A stretch of 64,000 nucleotides of DNA. Source: Blastocladiella emersonii ATCC 22665. Its lineage: Eukaryota; Fungi; Blastocladiomycota. Every line of letters starts with the position of its first letter. The stretch's first letter is position 1. Location of the stretch: positions 558,001 to 622,000 of the forward strand of contig JANHCV010000010.1 of the NCBI GenBank assembly GCA_025594325.1, given 5' to 3'. The translations under genes and the position numbers were made by a program. The notes beneath the pieces were generated by a model that was not told the origin of the DNA, ran no database searches, and saw nothing but the letters and a program-made list of their open reading frames with translations. Positions 43,538 to 55,717 of the stretch are shown one piece after another.

Positions 43538-44538
43538 ATGTACGCAGGCGCCGGTTACACGCCGCAATCGCCGGTCTACCACCAGCCGCCGCACCCGCAG
43601 CAGCCGGCGTCGCACCAGCAGCAGGCCGCCGCCGCCAAGGCCAAGGCCGACTCGGCCAAGCTGCAGTCGTTCCTGTCCGAGTGCCTGGCCGTGGGCACGC
43701 TCAAGGGGTTCAAGTACTTTGAGCTGTACCTGCGCGGCCGCGAGGAGCTGGTGCTGCGCGTCTACAACGACCCGGACGGGTCGACGGCGCTGACGCGGCA
43801 GCCGAGCACGCGCGAGCTCGCCCGCTCGCAGAGCCGCAACCTGCTCGCCTCGCGCTCGCACCACCGCCTCCTGTGGCAGTCGACGGACGCGCTCCCGCCC
43901 GCGAGCCCGTGCGACCGCGAGCTCGAGCGCAACTCCAACTACACGGCGTTCCTCGTCGCGGGCTACGCCAAGTACAAGTCGCCGTTCGTCTGGCTCCGCA
44001 CCAACCACGCCAAGTTTGCGCGCTGGGTCGACGAGTCGGCCACCAAGGAGGACGTGCCCGTCAAGCTCGACACGGTGAACAAGTGGAAGAACTCGGGTAC
44101 GCTCTGCACTCCCGTGTGTCTTTCCCGTCCAGCCGACTCACCTGTTCCCCGCCGTGCAGACTCGATCCACGTCGCCGACATCCTCGCCGAGCTCCTCAAC
44201 ATCGCCATGTCGCCGCCGCCGCTCAACCCGTTCGCCATCAACCACGCCCTCTTCGACGAGCTGCCGCTCGAGGAGAGCGTCGTGTCGACCGCCGCCATGC
44301 TCGACTTTCTCCAGAAGGTGTACCTGTCCGACGCGCCGCACGCGCACCACCGTACGTTCACTCGCGCTCTCGCCATCCCCTCGAAGCCGGACTGACTGAC
44401 CGAGACCCCCCCTGTCTAGTCCTCGCCGACATTGAGCGGCTGCAGCAGCGGCTGTGGACCGAGACGGCCGAGCTGAGCGCCACGGTCCCGACGGGTGCTG
44501 CGTCGCCGCGCCGCACCTCCGTGGCCAACAGCAAGTAA
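43538..44538 (+). CDS. Unknown protein, two introns
   Basis: Strong host codon bias; GT-AG introns near 44098 and 44354; family not recognised. Confidence 0.7.
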
Positions 44539-44589
44539 CTTACGTGTGTGCACCGTCCGAAATGAATCGAGTATGCATCTATTCTACAT

Positions 44590-45172
44590 TCAGTTCCGCG
44601 CACCACCCGGCCCGAACCCGGGGATCGACATGAGACACCGCCGGCGCACCGTCTGCGCGGTACGGTCGCGCAGGATGTCCTCGACCGTGGCCTCGTTCGC
44701 GATGAGCCGTTTCTACATGCACCCACTCGGTCAGTACCCCACCCCACTTCATCACCCGCCGTCCGTCGTACCTTGCGCTCAAACTCCGCCACCGCGTTCT
44801 GTCGACGCAGATCCTTGGGCTCCTCGGCGAGCCGTGTCCGGGCACTCGCGAGCTCCTCGTCCATGACGGCGGCGCAACCAGCGATCCACGCGTCGCGCTG
44901 CTCGTAGTTGCGCGCGAGCGCCGACGCGAACGCGGCGCTCCCGCGCGGCAGCTCGTTGAGTTTCAGGTGGATGTTGTCGTCGACTTTGCGGAGTTCTTTG
45001 ATCACGTCTGGCGAGGGGAGGAGGGTTAGGAGGGAGGTGTAGGGAGGGGAGGGGAGGGGAGGGGAGGGTGCAGCGGACCCTTGAACAGGCCAAAGTCGTA
45101 GCACAGGGTGCGGTCAAAGGTCACCAGCGTCGACGCGACGGTCGGGACGGGCGGTGTGGGGAGCGTGTCCAT
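44590..45172 (-). CDS. MIX23: Mitochondrial intermembrane-space protein Mix23/CCDC58, two introns
   Basis: CYDFGLFK|DVIKELRKVDDNIHLKLN ... ANEATVEDILRDRT...RRRC motifs. Confidence 0.8.
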
Positions 45173-45439
45173 TGCAGCGGGTGTTGATGATTTGTGATCC
45201 ATTGCGTCGAGTGCGGGGAGAGAGAAGCGATCGGACACGCGCGTGCTGGGCCATGTTGATCGGCGCGCCGGAGCCTCTCACGTGCAGCGACAACCGTCCG
45301 GGTTCCACATTCCAGCGACCATGGCGACGAGGACGAGGGGGTGCGAGTATATATATCGATCAAATGAACACGGGAGGGGAGAGAGGTAGAGAGAGGTCGG
45401 GCGCGGTACGGCGCACGAGGTGGGGTAAGGTAGACGAAC

Positions 45440-45900
45440 TTAGTAGAGGTTGAGCCACTTGTCCTCGGCGACAATGATGGTCGGGGGCACGTAGCGCTTG
45501 GTGTGGTAGATCTTGCGGGCCTCCTCCCAGCCGGCGACGCCCTTCATGACGCGGCGCTCCTGCTCCTCCTGCTGCTCGAGCAGGCGCGCCTCGGCGCGGT
45601 CGGCCTCGGCCTGCAGCATCGGGACGAGGTGCACGCGCGCCCACGTCTTTTCGCGGCGGAGCTCGCTACACGGGGCGCACGGTGTGAGTGTGCATCGCGT
45701 CGATCGCCATTGAAACAAGCGTACCGGCGCTCGCGGATGCCCTGGATGGTCCAGTACCAGCCGTACGAGCACAGGCCGATCAGACCAGCGAACAGGACGG
45801 CGCCCGAGGGACCGCGCGCGGGCAGGTTGCGCTTGTACTGGACGGGGTTGAAGCCGCCCTGCGGGGGCAGGTCCTGCACGTAGCCGAGGTTCGAGGACAT
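45440..45900 (-). CDS. NDUFA13: Complex I subunit NDUFA13 / GRIM-19, one intron
   Basis: QDLPPQGGFNPVQYKRNLPARG, TM helix, RVHLVPMLQAEADR. Confidence 0.92.
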
Positions 45901-46278
45901 GGTCGGTCGTGGGTTTCGTTGGCTACGCGGCGGTGCGACAGCGCGGCAATCCATGGCGTTAGCATCATCGTGCTAGGTCGGCGTGGAGGCCAGCCGGGCC
46001 CACGGCGGCGCGCCCAAGCGGGCCCAGCGGGCAGTCCATGCATGCGCGGTCATAAGGCGGGTAGTTACGTTGCAGCGTTGCGTGGCAGGCGTGCGCGCCG
46101 TCGTGGGTTTCCCTCGCGGTGCCGGCCATGGCCCGCGGCGCGGCCGCCTGCCTTTGCATCGGCAGCCTCAGGTCGACATCCCGTGGCGCTCAGGTGACGT
46201 CCGCCCAGAGTGTCTCGCAGATCGTCTCGCGCGCGCGCCCGCTTGTTGACGCTCCCGCTACCACAGCACGCAAACGCC

Positions 46279-48111
46279 ATGTATCGCTTGATCCGCCTCG
46301 CTACTCCGTGCATCGCCGCTGGCGCAAGGACAGTGTCCCCGACGGCGGCGGGTGCCGTGCGGCCCATGTCCGCCGCCGCCAACATGCTGTCCGAGCGCAC
46401 CCCGCTGCGCCGCAGCAACAACAACCGTACCGGTGGCGCCTCGATTGATCTGCACGGCGGGAATTCGCGCAAGCCCGGCTCGTCGTCGCGTAGTCCTCAC
46501 TCCTCCTCCGGCCCGCGCGGCGGTGGCGCGCCCACCCGCCCCTCGACCCGCGGCCCACCAACCTCCTCCGGCCCACGCGCGCGCACGTCTCCCGGCTCCG
46601 GCTCCGGCTCGTCGAAGCGCCGCGCAGCCATCGACCTTCTCGCAAAACGCCCCGCGCGGTCGCAGTTCCAGCTGCTGGACCCGCCGAGTTCCCCTGCGAC
46701 GGACGCGCGCGGCGCGGCGATCGTGGGCGGGACCACGAAATTCGAGGACCTCGGGCTCGACGCGGACGTGACGCAGGCCATGGTCGACTCGATCAAGGCG
46801 AGTTTCGGCGCCGACGCGCCCAGCGTGCTGCGGCCGACCGAGATCCAGGCGCTGACGGCGCGCGAGCTGATTGCTTCCACCCAAGAGGGCGAGGGCGAGG
46901 GCGTGCGGGCGGTCCTGATGGCAGCCGAGACCGGGTCGGGCAAGACGCTGGCGTACCTCGCGCCCGTGTTCCACCGGATCCGCGCCGAGGAGGAGGCGTA
47001 CAAGGTCGACCTCGACGCGTACACGCGCGCGCTGGCCGACGCGCAGCAGGTGCGCGCCGACACCGAAGCCGCGAACGCGGAAGAGGGTGCCGAGCAGGAG
47101 TCGCTCCCGAAACTGCCCAAGAAACCCCTCCCGCTACGCCGCCCCGGGTACCCGCGCGCGGTCGTCCTGGTACCCTCGCACGAGCTGCTGATGCAGGTGG
47201 GCGCCGTCGCGAAAGCCATGTCGCACACGGCGCGCGCGCGCGTCGTTGCCGTGTCGACGTCGACATCCGACGACCACGTCAAGCGCGTGCTCGCGGACCC
47301 CGTCGATATCCTGGTGACCACGCCCGGCACGCTGCGCCAGTTCCTCGCCAAGGACACGGTGCGGCTCGCCGAGGCCCGCACCGTCGTCTACGACGAGGCC
47401 GATTTCATCTTCGACCAGGGGTTCGCCGAGGAGGCGACGGCGGTCCTCAAGCAGATCCGCGCCATCGTCGCGACGCGGTCGGATAACAAGATGACGGCCA
47501 ACTTCGTGTTCGTGACGGCGACGCTCCCGAAATCGCTCAACGCGGTCCTCGAGTCGACCTTCGCGCCCGCCCAGCGGCGCACCGTGGCGTCGTCGGCGCT
47601 GCACCGCCCGCTGACGCGGTGCACGCAGCGGTTCGTCGACGTCGCGCGGCAGTTCCAGGGCAACAAGTCGGCCGCGCTCGCCGACGTCCTACACCGCCTG
47701 CACGCCGCGGACACGGGCGCGACGCTCGTCTTCGCCAACACGCGGCAGGGCGTCGACGCCGTGTACAGCTACCTCGCCGAGACCCGCGGCCTGCCCAACG
47801 TGCTCCGCCTGTCGAAGCGCCAGACGCTCGAGGAGCGCGCGCATACCTGGCACGCGTTCCGCACCGTGCCCGGGTCGATCCTCGTGGCGACGGACGTCGC
47901 GGCGCGCGGGCTCGATACCACGCACGTCTCGCTCGTCGTCAACTACGACTTCCCGGTGTCCGCGCTCGAGTACCTGCACCGCATCGGGCGCACGGCGCGC
48001 GCCGGGCGGACTGGGTGCGCCGTCTCGCTCGTCACGAAGCGGTCGCGCGACCTCGTTCTCGCGATCCAGCAGCGGCTGCGGATGCGCGCCGGGATGGGGG
48101 TCCTGCACTGA
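46279..48111 (+). CDS. MRH4: Mitochondrial DEAD-box RNA helicase (Mrh4/DDX28-like)
   Basis: Q motif PTEIQ, AETGSGKT, PSHEL, TPG, DEAD, TAT, ARGLD, HRIGRTARAG; presequence-like N-terminus. Confidence 0.8.
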   Translation: MYRLIRLATPCIAAGARTVSPTAAGAVRPMSAAANMLSERTPLRRSNNNRTGGASIDLHGGNSRKPGSSSRSPHSSSGPRGGGAPTRPSTRGPPTSSGPRARTSPGSGSGSSKRRAAIDLLAKRPARSQFQLLDPPSSPATDARGAAIVGGTTKFEDLGLDADVTQAMVDSIKASFGADAPSVLRPTEIQALTARELIASTQEGEGEGVRAVLMAAETGSGKTLAYLAPVFHRIRAEEEAYKVDLDAYTRALADAQQVRADTEAANAEEGAEQESLPKLPKKPLPLRRPGYPRAVVLVPSHELLMQVGAVAKAMSHTARARVVAVSTSTSDDHVKRVLADPVDILVTTPGTLRQFLAKDTVRLAEARTVVYDEADFIFDQGFAEEATAVLKQIRAIVATRSDNKMTANFVFVTATLPKSLNAVLESTFAPAQRRTVASSALHRPLTRCTQRFVDVARQFQGNKSAALADVLHRLHAADTGATLVFANTRQGVDAVYSYLAETRGLPNVLRLSKRQTLEERAHTWHAFRTVPGSILVATDVAARGLDTTHVSLVVNYDFPVSALEYLHRIGRTARAGRTGCAVSLVTKRSRDLVLAIQQRLRMRAGMGVLH

Positions 48112-48186
48112 TCAAGTTAATGTATACGATCTGTGGTTGACAAAAACGAAAAGAGACTGTGAACTTGACATCCTCTCATACTACTC

Positions 48187-50369
48187 CTACTCGCGCTCGC
48201 GCTCGCGCTCGCGCTCACCCTCCCCGCCACCGCCGCCATGGCCGCCGCCGACCCACGCCGCGGTGCTCTCCCACAGCGCGTCCATGGTGAGCCACAGCGA
48301 CGTGCTGAGCCGGCCGCCCACGCCGTGTCCGTGTCCGTGCTCCAGCGTCGTGAGCGACGACACGCTCGTGTGGCGGCTGCGCACCGACACGGCCCCCGCG
48401 CCCGTCGTGGTGAACCCGGACGACGCCGTGGTCGGTCGCGTCGAGTGCGTCGGCGTCGGCGTCGGCGTCGGCGCGAACGTGACGCCGTGCGCCGCGTAGA
48501 TGGACGGCGGGTACGGCGCCGCCATCGTGACGGGCCGCGGGCGCGAGCCGGGACGGGCGCCGGGACGTTGCTGGGCCGCCCACACGGCCGTGACGCGCTG
48601 GTGGTGATGAGTCGCGATCACGACAGCCGCGGTCGCGCCCGCAGACTTGGCCCGCGCGCGGTGCCCGTTGCGCCGCCCCGCGGGCCCTTCGAGCGACGCG
48701 GGCGCGGACACGGATGCGCGGCGCGGCGCGGCGGCGGCCAGGCTCGAGGAGGTATTGGATGACTCGGACGACGACGGGCGCGAGGAGGTCGGCGGCGACG
48801 CGGCGGGCGAGAACCACTCGGACCCGTCGTCCTCGTCGTGGTCGTGCTCGACGGTGACACTGCGGATCGAGGACGTCGACGCGGGCGGCGGCGCGCAGTC
48901 GAGGAGCGCGGCGCGAGATGGCCACGGGGTCTCACCGAGCAGCGCGTGGTCGCGGCGGTCGAGCTCGGCGCGCGACATGAGCGGCGTAGGTGGCGGCATC
49001 GGGCCGGCCTGCGAGTTGGGGGCGGCGGGGAACACGTCCGTGGACTCGGTGACGACGGTGACGGCGACGCGGCGCAGCGAGATGCGGTGCTGGAGGGGCG
49101 GTGGGTGCGGGTTTGGGTCCGGGGAGTCCGCGAGCGCGGCCCACGACGCCGACGGGTGCGGCTGGACGAGATCCATGCCGCTCGGCGGGAGGACCGAGGA
49201 CCACCGCGACAGGCCGCCGGACGACGTGGCCGTTGCGGGCGTCACGGTGCGCTCGCCGTCGCTCCCACGCGAGGACGAGGCGGGGGTCGAGGCGGCCTTG
49301 GACTTGACGGCGAGCATCGACACCGAGACGGCGGCGGCGGCGGCGGCGGCCGCGGCGGCGTTGTCCTTGGTATCGGGACCGGGCGCGACAACCTCCTCCT
49401 CGGCGACGGGCGCGAGCGTGGTCTCGGACCCGCTCCCCATCCCCGGCGCCGCGCGGTACATGGACGGCGGCGGCGGCGGGAAGACGGCGCGCGGGACCCC
49501 GTTGCTCGAGAACGCGGGCGGGTGCGAGTGCGTCGCCGGATCGTCGTCGCCCCCGCCGTCACTCTCATCGACGACAACAACCGTCGCTGCACCGGGCGGC
49601 TGCCGCGGCGTCTCGTGCAGCAGGCCGTGGTCGGGCCTGGCCGCACGGTGCAGCCGGCGCCGTCGACTGGCCACGAACGCGGCCACGGCCATGAGCGCGA
49701 CGGGGGCCGCGACGATGGCGGCAATGGCCGCGGTCGCGAGCCCCGCGCGGCCGGGCGTGCCGGGGGTCGCGACGTCGGCGGCGGGCGGGAGCGGGAGCGA
49801 GGCGGACGTGCTGGTGGTCTCGGACCCGCCACCGCCGCCAGCAACAGCGACAGCCGGCGGTGGGGGCGTGGCCACGTCCCCCCCTCCCCCGTTCCGCACA
49901 GCCGCCTCTTCGCCATCTGGCGCGCTCGCGGCCGCCGCGGCGCGCGGCCCCGCGCCCTGGGTCGGCGGCGGCGCGTGCGGGTCCCACGGGTACGTGACGC
50001 CGACGTCCTTGCAGGTGCCCGCGGTGCGCCACTCGCGCCAGTCGCCCTGGGTCGCGTCGCAGTAGTAGGCGAAGGCGGCGGCGCGCACCACCTCGGTCCC
50101 GTTCGGCAGCAGGTACCGGCCCTGCGCGTCGGGCGAGGGGCCGCATGCGCCGTCGGCCGAGCAGCACTACGGATAGGGTTGGTGGTGTATGTGAGCGGTG
50201 CGCGAGCGAGCGGGCAGGCGGAAGTGTGTACCTGGCCGAGCATGCACGTCTGCATCGGTGCCATTGCGCCACACCGGCCGGGCGCCGCGGGCTCGCCGAC
50301 GGCCAGGTTGGGCGGCGGCAGCCCGTTGGCGCTGCACGAGAAGAGGTCGAAGGCCGCCGTCGAGGACAT
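48187..50369 (-). CDS. Hevein/CBM18-like domain + single TM + long disordered cytoplasmic tail; intron within the hevein motif
   Basis: Spliced CGAMAPMQTCMLGQ|CCSADGACG; TM AAIAAIVAAPVALMAVAAFVA followed by RRRR; start codon uncertain. Confidence 0.68.
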
Positions 50370-50956
50370 GGACTCGGGCGTGGTGATGGTGGTGGTCTGC
50401 GTCTGCGCGCACGGCGCCGGCCCTGGTCGGTGGTCGATACGTCGCAGTCGCGGCTCGACACGTCGCAGGTCAGGTCAGGTCGGCAGCGCGCCGTCGTCGT
50501 AGGAGCGGGAGCGGAAGGCATCCGCAGCTGCGCGCGCCCGTCTTATCCGCCACGAGCGGGGCAGGTGCGGGTCGGGCGAGGGCGAGGGCAGCAGCTCGGG
50601 ATCTAGCGGGGGCAGGTCGTCGTCGAGGGACTGAGGGCGGCCGGCTTGGATCCAAGCGGGATGACGAGGGGGAGGATCACCGTGGCCATCAAGCTCCACT
50701 CGCTTCCGCCGCGCCGCGCCTCCCCGGTCGCTTGCCTCACGCGGTGACTCCAAGTCGTCCGTCCGCGCGGCGTGGGCGCGGCCGCGAGTCGAGGGATGCG
50801 TGAATTCCTTCGCCTGCCGCCCCGAAGCGGGGCGCCACGAGACGCGACGCAGGGCACGCGGGCGAAGGCGGGCGAGTGGATCACACGTCTGATCAGGAGA
50901 ACAACCACTGGCGGACACACACACACAAACGATGTATAGAGAGACGCGGCGTCATG

Positions 50957-52553
50957 TCATCCCCGCTGTTGCCGCCGCGACAGACTCGCGCTGCGGCGGA
51001 CGCGGACCACGACGTCTTCTCCTTGCGCTGTTTCGGCGGCAGCAGCAGCTCGCGGTTGCCGGTCCGCGTCCTCGCCAACGGCCACCTCCGCGGCGCCGTG
51101 GTCGCGCGCGAGCGACACGTAGTACTCGTCCTCGGACACCATGGGCTCAAACTCGCCCTCCGCCGCTACCACAACGGGCACCGCCTCGGCGTCTGGCGGC
51201 GCCGGCACCCCGCCGTCGCGCTGGAGCAGGTCGGCCTCGAGCGCCCACAGCGGCGCGTCGGCGGGCTCTGGCGCGAGAATGCACAGCGGGAACACGCCCT
51301 CTTTCCCGTCGCCCACCATCCGACCGAGCCCCCACCCGTCGCTGTACACGAGCGTCACCTCGACCGCGTCGCCGACGCGCACCGACAGCTCGTCGTCGGC
51401 GAGGCCCGGGAACGGCTGCCGGCAGGTACGCGGGCCGGGGATGTACGGGTGCGCGGCCCACGCGCGCGCGAAGCGGTGCAGGCCCGGCGCGGGCCAGCCG
51501 GTTGGGTCCGTCGGGATCGGCGTGGGTGCGAGGAACGGGACGGAGAGCGGCGCGGGGGTGGGCGCGGGGGCGAACGGCTGCGGCGACGTCTTGAGCGCTG
51601 CTGGCGCCAGCAGCACAGGCGCCGCTGCACTCGAGGTTGTTGCCGACGACGCGAGGTGCGCGTAGCTCGCCGCGACCCCGTCCACCGCCCCTCGCGCTGC
51701 GCCACCACCACCGCCTCCCGCGGGCGTGCCCGGGGGTGGCGGCGGCTGCGTGAACCGGAACTGCTGCGCGGGCGCCTGCGCCGGCGCCGGCGCGGGTGCG
51801 ACATCCACGACGATATCCGCCGCCCCATTGCGATCCGCCGACTGCGGCGGGCTCGTGGACGGCGGCGACGGCGGGTGCCACGGGTTGTGGGTGACGGCGA
51901 CGACCGATACGGGTTTGGCGTCGATCTCGCGGATCCGCTGGGCGCGCGCGCGGCGCACGAGGACCAGCGCGACGGCGGCCAGTACCGCGACGCACGCGGC
52001 GGCGATCCCGGCGATCGCGGGGACGCCGAGGCCCGAGTCCGTCACGGCAGCGGCCGCGGCCGCGGTAGCAGCGTCGGATGGGGTGTTGGGCAGCGTCGCG
52101 GGCTGCTGCTCGGCGAGCGAGGCCGTCGGGACCGGCGGGACCGCGGTCGTCGCCGCGCCGCCGCCGTTGACGGCCGGGTACTTGATTCCGATCTTAGCGC
52201 ACGTCCCAGCGTCGGACCACGCGCGCCAGTCGCCCTGGGCGCCGCCCGCGCAGTACTCGGCCTGGGCCTCGGCGCGCGACACGACCACGCCCTGCACGCG
52301 GAACTGCCCGTCGGGGTCGGCGAACGGGCCGCAGAAGCCGAACTGCGAGCAGCACTAGACGGTAACGGGAGGGCAATCAGCGGAACTGTTGAGGGACCGG
52401 CAGAGCGAATGACTGTACCTGGCCGACGAGACAGGTGCTGAGGCGGTTGAGCGCGCCGCACACGGGCCGCCCAGTGTCCGCGTTGCGGATCATGTTGCCC
52501 GGCTGCGGCAGGCCCGCCGCGTTGCACCGGAGTTCAGGGGCCGACGAGGACAT
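50957..52553 (-). CDS. Hevein/CBM18-like domain + single TM + C-terminal SH3
   Basis: Spliced CGALNRLSTCLVGQ|CCSQFGFCG; TM IAGIAAACVAVLAAVALVLV then RRAR; SH3 ADDELSVRVGD..YSDGWGLG..EGVFPLCIL. Confidence 0.78.
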
Positions 52554-52919
52554 GGCTGCTTGTTGAGATGGAGAGGGGGAGGGGTATGGCAAAGCCGGGG
52601 TATGTCTATAGCGAGCGCCGATCGACGGCGACGTCGCGGCCGCGGTGGTGCGTGGTGGTGGTGCTGTGCGCAAGTAGTTGCAGGGAGCGCTGCGCTGGCT
52701 GCGCCTCGCTTCGTGGTTGGCGTAGTAGAAGCAGCGCAATCGAGTCGTCGAGGGGAGAGAGAGAGAGAGTCGAAGGGGACGACAGTCGTCGACGGCAGCG
52801 AACGAGAAGCCGAAACGGGGGCGCCGCCGAGTGGCGCAAAGCGTGCAAGTCAGCGCCCGACAACCCGACCCTGCCCTTCCAACCCTACCTGTCCCCAACG
52901 CGGTCGATCCGCCGTATAT

Positions 52920-53875
52920 TCAATCGCTCTCCTTCACCTTGAGCTCGGCCTTGCCGCCGTCCGGGTACAGGTCGAACCGGCGCTGCGTGGCCGTCGGCAC
53001 CTGCTCGCGGAACGCGCGCGTGACGGCGTAGTCGATCTCGTGCACCACCACCCCCTCCTTCTCATCCGCCGCCGCGACAACCTGACCGCGCGGGTCGACG
53101 ATCGCGCTGTGCCCCCACGCGACGTACCCGGCCGCCTCGTCGCGCGCGGGCGAGCACACGGCCACGTACACCTGGTTGTCGACGGCGCGCGCGCGCGCCA
53201 GCAGCTCCCAGTGCAGCGGGCCCGTCGTCATGTTGAACGCGCCCGGGTACACGAGCACGTCCGCTTGGCCCGCGCGGGCCATGGCGAGCGCGAGTTCTGG
53301 GAACCGGATGTCGTAGCAGATGCCCACCCCCAAACGGCCGTACGGCGTGGGGACCACGGTGATCTTGTCCCCCGGCGACAGGACTTTGGACTCCTGGAAC
53401 GTGATCTTGCCCGGCACGTCGATGTCGAACAGGTGCACCTTGCGGTGCACGTCGAGCAGCGTGCCCGAGGGGGACCACACCGTGCTCGTGTTGAAGTGCT
53501 TGCCGTCGCCCGCGGGGGAGCGTTCCGGGATCGACCCGCCGACGAGGTACACGCCAGCGTCGCGCGCGGTGGCCGAGAGGGACCGGCACGAGTCGCCGTC
53601 GGGCACGCCCTCGGCGTACGCGGCAAAGTGGTCGGTGCCGTACGGCGAGTTGAAGCACTCCTGTGGACGCGGGTCGTGTGCGTTCGTTAGAGTACGCCCT
53701 GCTCTGTGGTGAGCAGAAGCCGTACCGGAAGCACGACGACCTTGGCGCCGAGCGCCGCGGCCTCGAGCACCTTGGCGCGCGCGCGCTCGAGGTTGTGCGC
53801 CTTGTTGGCCGTCACCGCGAGCTGCACGAGCGCGAGCTTGAAGCGTTGCATGGTAGTGGTATCGTCGTTGTTCAT
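52920..53875 (-). CDS. NIT3: Omega-amidase, nitrilase superfamily (NIT2/Nit3), one intron
   Basis: VVLP|[27 protein letters not shown] (E-K-C triad). Confidence 0.9.
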
Positions 53876-54274
53876 GGGTGGGAGAGAGAGAGAGAGAGAG
53901 AGAGCCAATCGGTCGGTGCACGCCGACAAGAACAACGCGCGCTCGCGCGACTCACCCAGCCTCGTGATCTGATGCCAAGATGATACATTCTTAAATAGAT
54001 ATAAGGGCCCGTTTGGTTCCGGGGTGAATCAGGTGGATCAATCGATTTTACACGGTCCGGTGTTCACCCAGCTGAAACGTGGGATTTTCACCCCGTCGTG
54101 TTCATCGCGGCGTTTGGTTCAACCCCCGGGTGAGCTGAATGGAACCCTCGTCGCTGAATCGCCCGTCTGCTCGCCCCCGAAACCTTCAGGCTGTGCTCCC
54201 CGGCCTATATAAACGCCGTTTTCCTCCAAAGTAACTCGCTCTCTCTCCCCCGTCCTCCCTCAAAGCCGAAAAGA

Positions 54275-55404
54275 ATGGCTCCCCCGTCAAGCAAAAAGCG
54301 CGCTGGCCGTACGGCCATGTCCATCGAGGAGATCGTCAAGAACGTGCCCGAAATCCCGCCGCCGCCCGCCGATAGCGACGAGGATGCAGATGACGACGCT
54401 GCTGGGAGCGACGGCAACGCTGCTGTCACGCCGACCAACCCGCTGCCGCCCGTGACCATCGCCAAGCCAAGCAAGCGCAAGGCCAGTGGCAGCAAGGCCA
54501 GCAGCGGCAAGGCCAGCGGCGGCAAGGCCACCTTCTGCTCCGCGTCGACCAACTTCCTCCTCGACCACTTCTGCAACCTCGCTGACGACGGCGTGCTCGG
54601 CGACAGCAACACGCTCAAGGCCCAGCACCGTGTGTCGATTGCCCAGGCCCTGTCGGACGAGTTCAACATGCAGTTTACGGCGGAGCAGGTCAAGAACCGC
54701 GTGACATACGTACGCTTTGTCTTGCGGACACGCGTCAACCGTAGCGCTAACAACGTCAGCGTTCGGCTCCAGCTTCGCACTTGTTTTCGCGCCGTAAAAC
54801 GGCTTCTGTCGTACTCGGGCAACGGCTGCACCTGGAATGAGGGTGAGTGCACGGTCGACGTGCCAGAGGAGTTCTGGAACGATCTCTCGGTACGTTTGTT
54901 CAATATCGTTACGCGTCAACTCGCGGCGAGCTAACAGCGCCTGGCCTGCTTCAATTGTAGGCAGAGCTCAAGGAGGAGCTGACTGCGGGCTGCAAGCCCT
55001 TCCCGTACTACAAGAAGGCCAACATGCTGTGGGGCAGCTCGACCGCCACCGGCGAGTACTCGCACCTCAAGCAGGACGGCAAGGAGTCTGGTGACGTGGA
55101 AGGTGTCGATGGTCAAGACGACGCGGCCCCCGCCAGCAAGCGCAGCCGCACTTCGGACAGCAGCTCGCGTCGCCTCTCGGACTCGGAATTCCTCCTGGGC
55201 ATCAAGGAGGTGTTCCAGAGCGTCGCGACCGCCGACTCCAAGCCCGTCCTGACCGCCGCACTTGAATGGGTCCAGGACGCGTACAACGACAATGAAGAGT
55301 ACCAGATCGACGTCGCCACCCGCCTGACCGAGGATCAAGCGCTTCGCGTCATGGCCGTGTCCGAATCGAAGCGCAAGCGCATCCTCGAGATTTTCATTCA
55401 GTAG
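54275..55404 (+). CDS. PIF accessory Myb/SANT-like DNA-binding protein, two introns
   Basis: NFLLDHF...IAQALSDEFNMQFTAEQVKNRVTY then CTWNEGECTVDVPEEFW, typical of Harbinger ORF2. Confidence 0.82.
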
Positions 55405-55717
55405 CTCACTCGCACATGTCCCCCTCCCCTCGCGTTGCTTCCTGGCCTTGTTCTCGCCCATTTGTGTCCAATACATCTGGCTTTGTGTCCATCGTATCTT
55501 CAATCGTTACCCTTGGCTCGAAAATGACGCGACTCGTTGAGAAACGCGTGGTTCGCAAAGTGTCTCACACGTCACGTGATTGATCGACGCGTCTCCACCG
55601 ATGCGTTCTGACCTCAGCGACGCGTCAAATCATCTAGAATCGCTTATATAACATTATAGTACTTGACAAATCAGTATATTACAGCATGCATGCGGGTACA
55701 ACAATTATTTCGCGCCT

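Noticed and set aside
45030-45068. (GAGGG)n repeat
   Set aside because: Simple-sequence tract inside a MIX23 intron.
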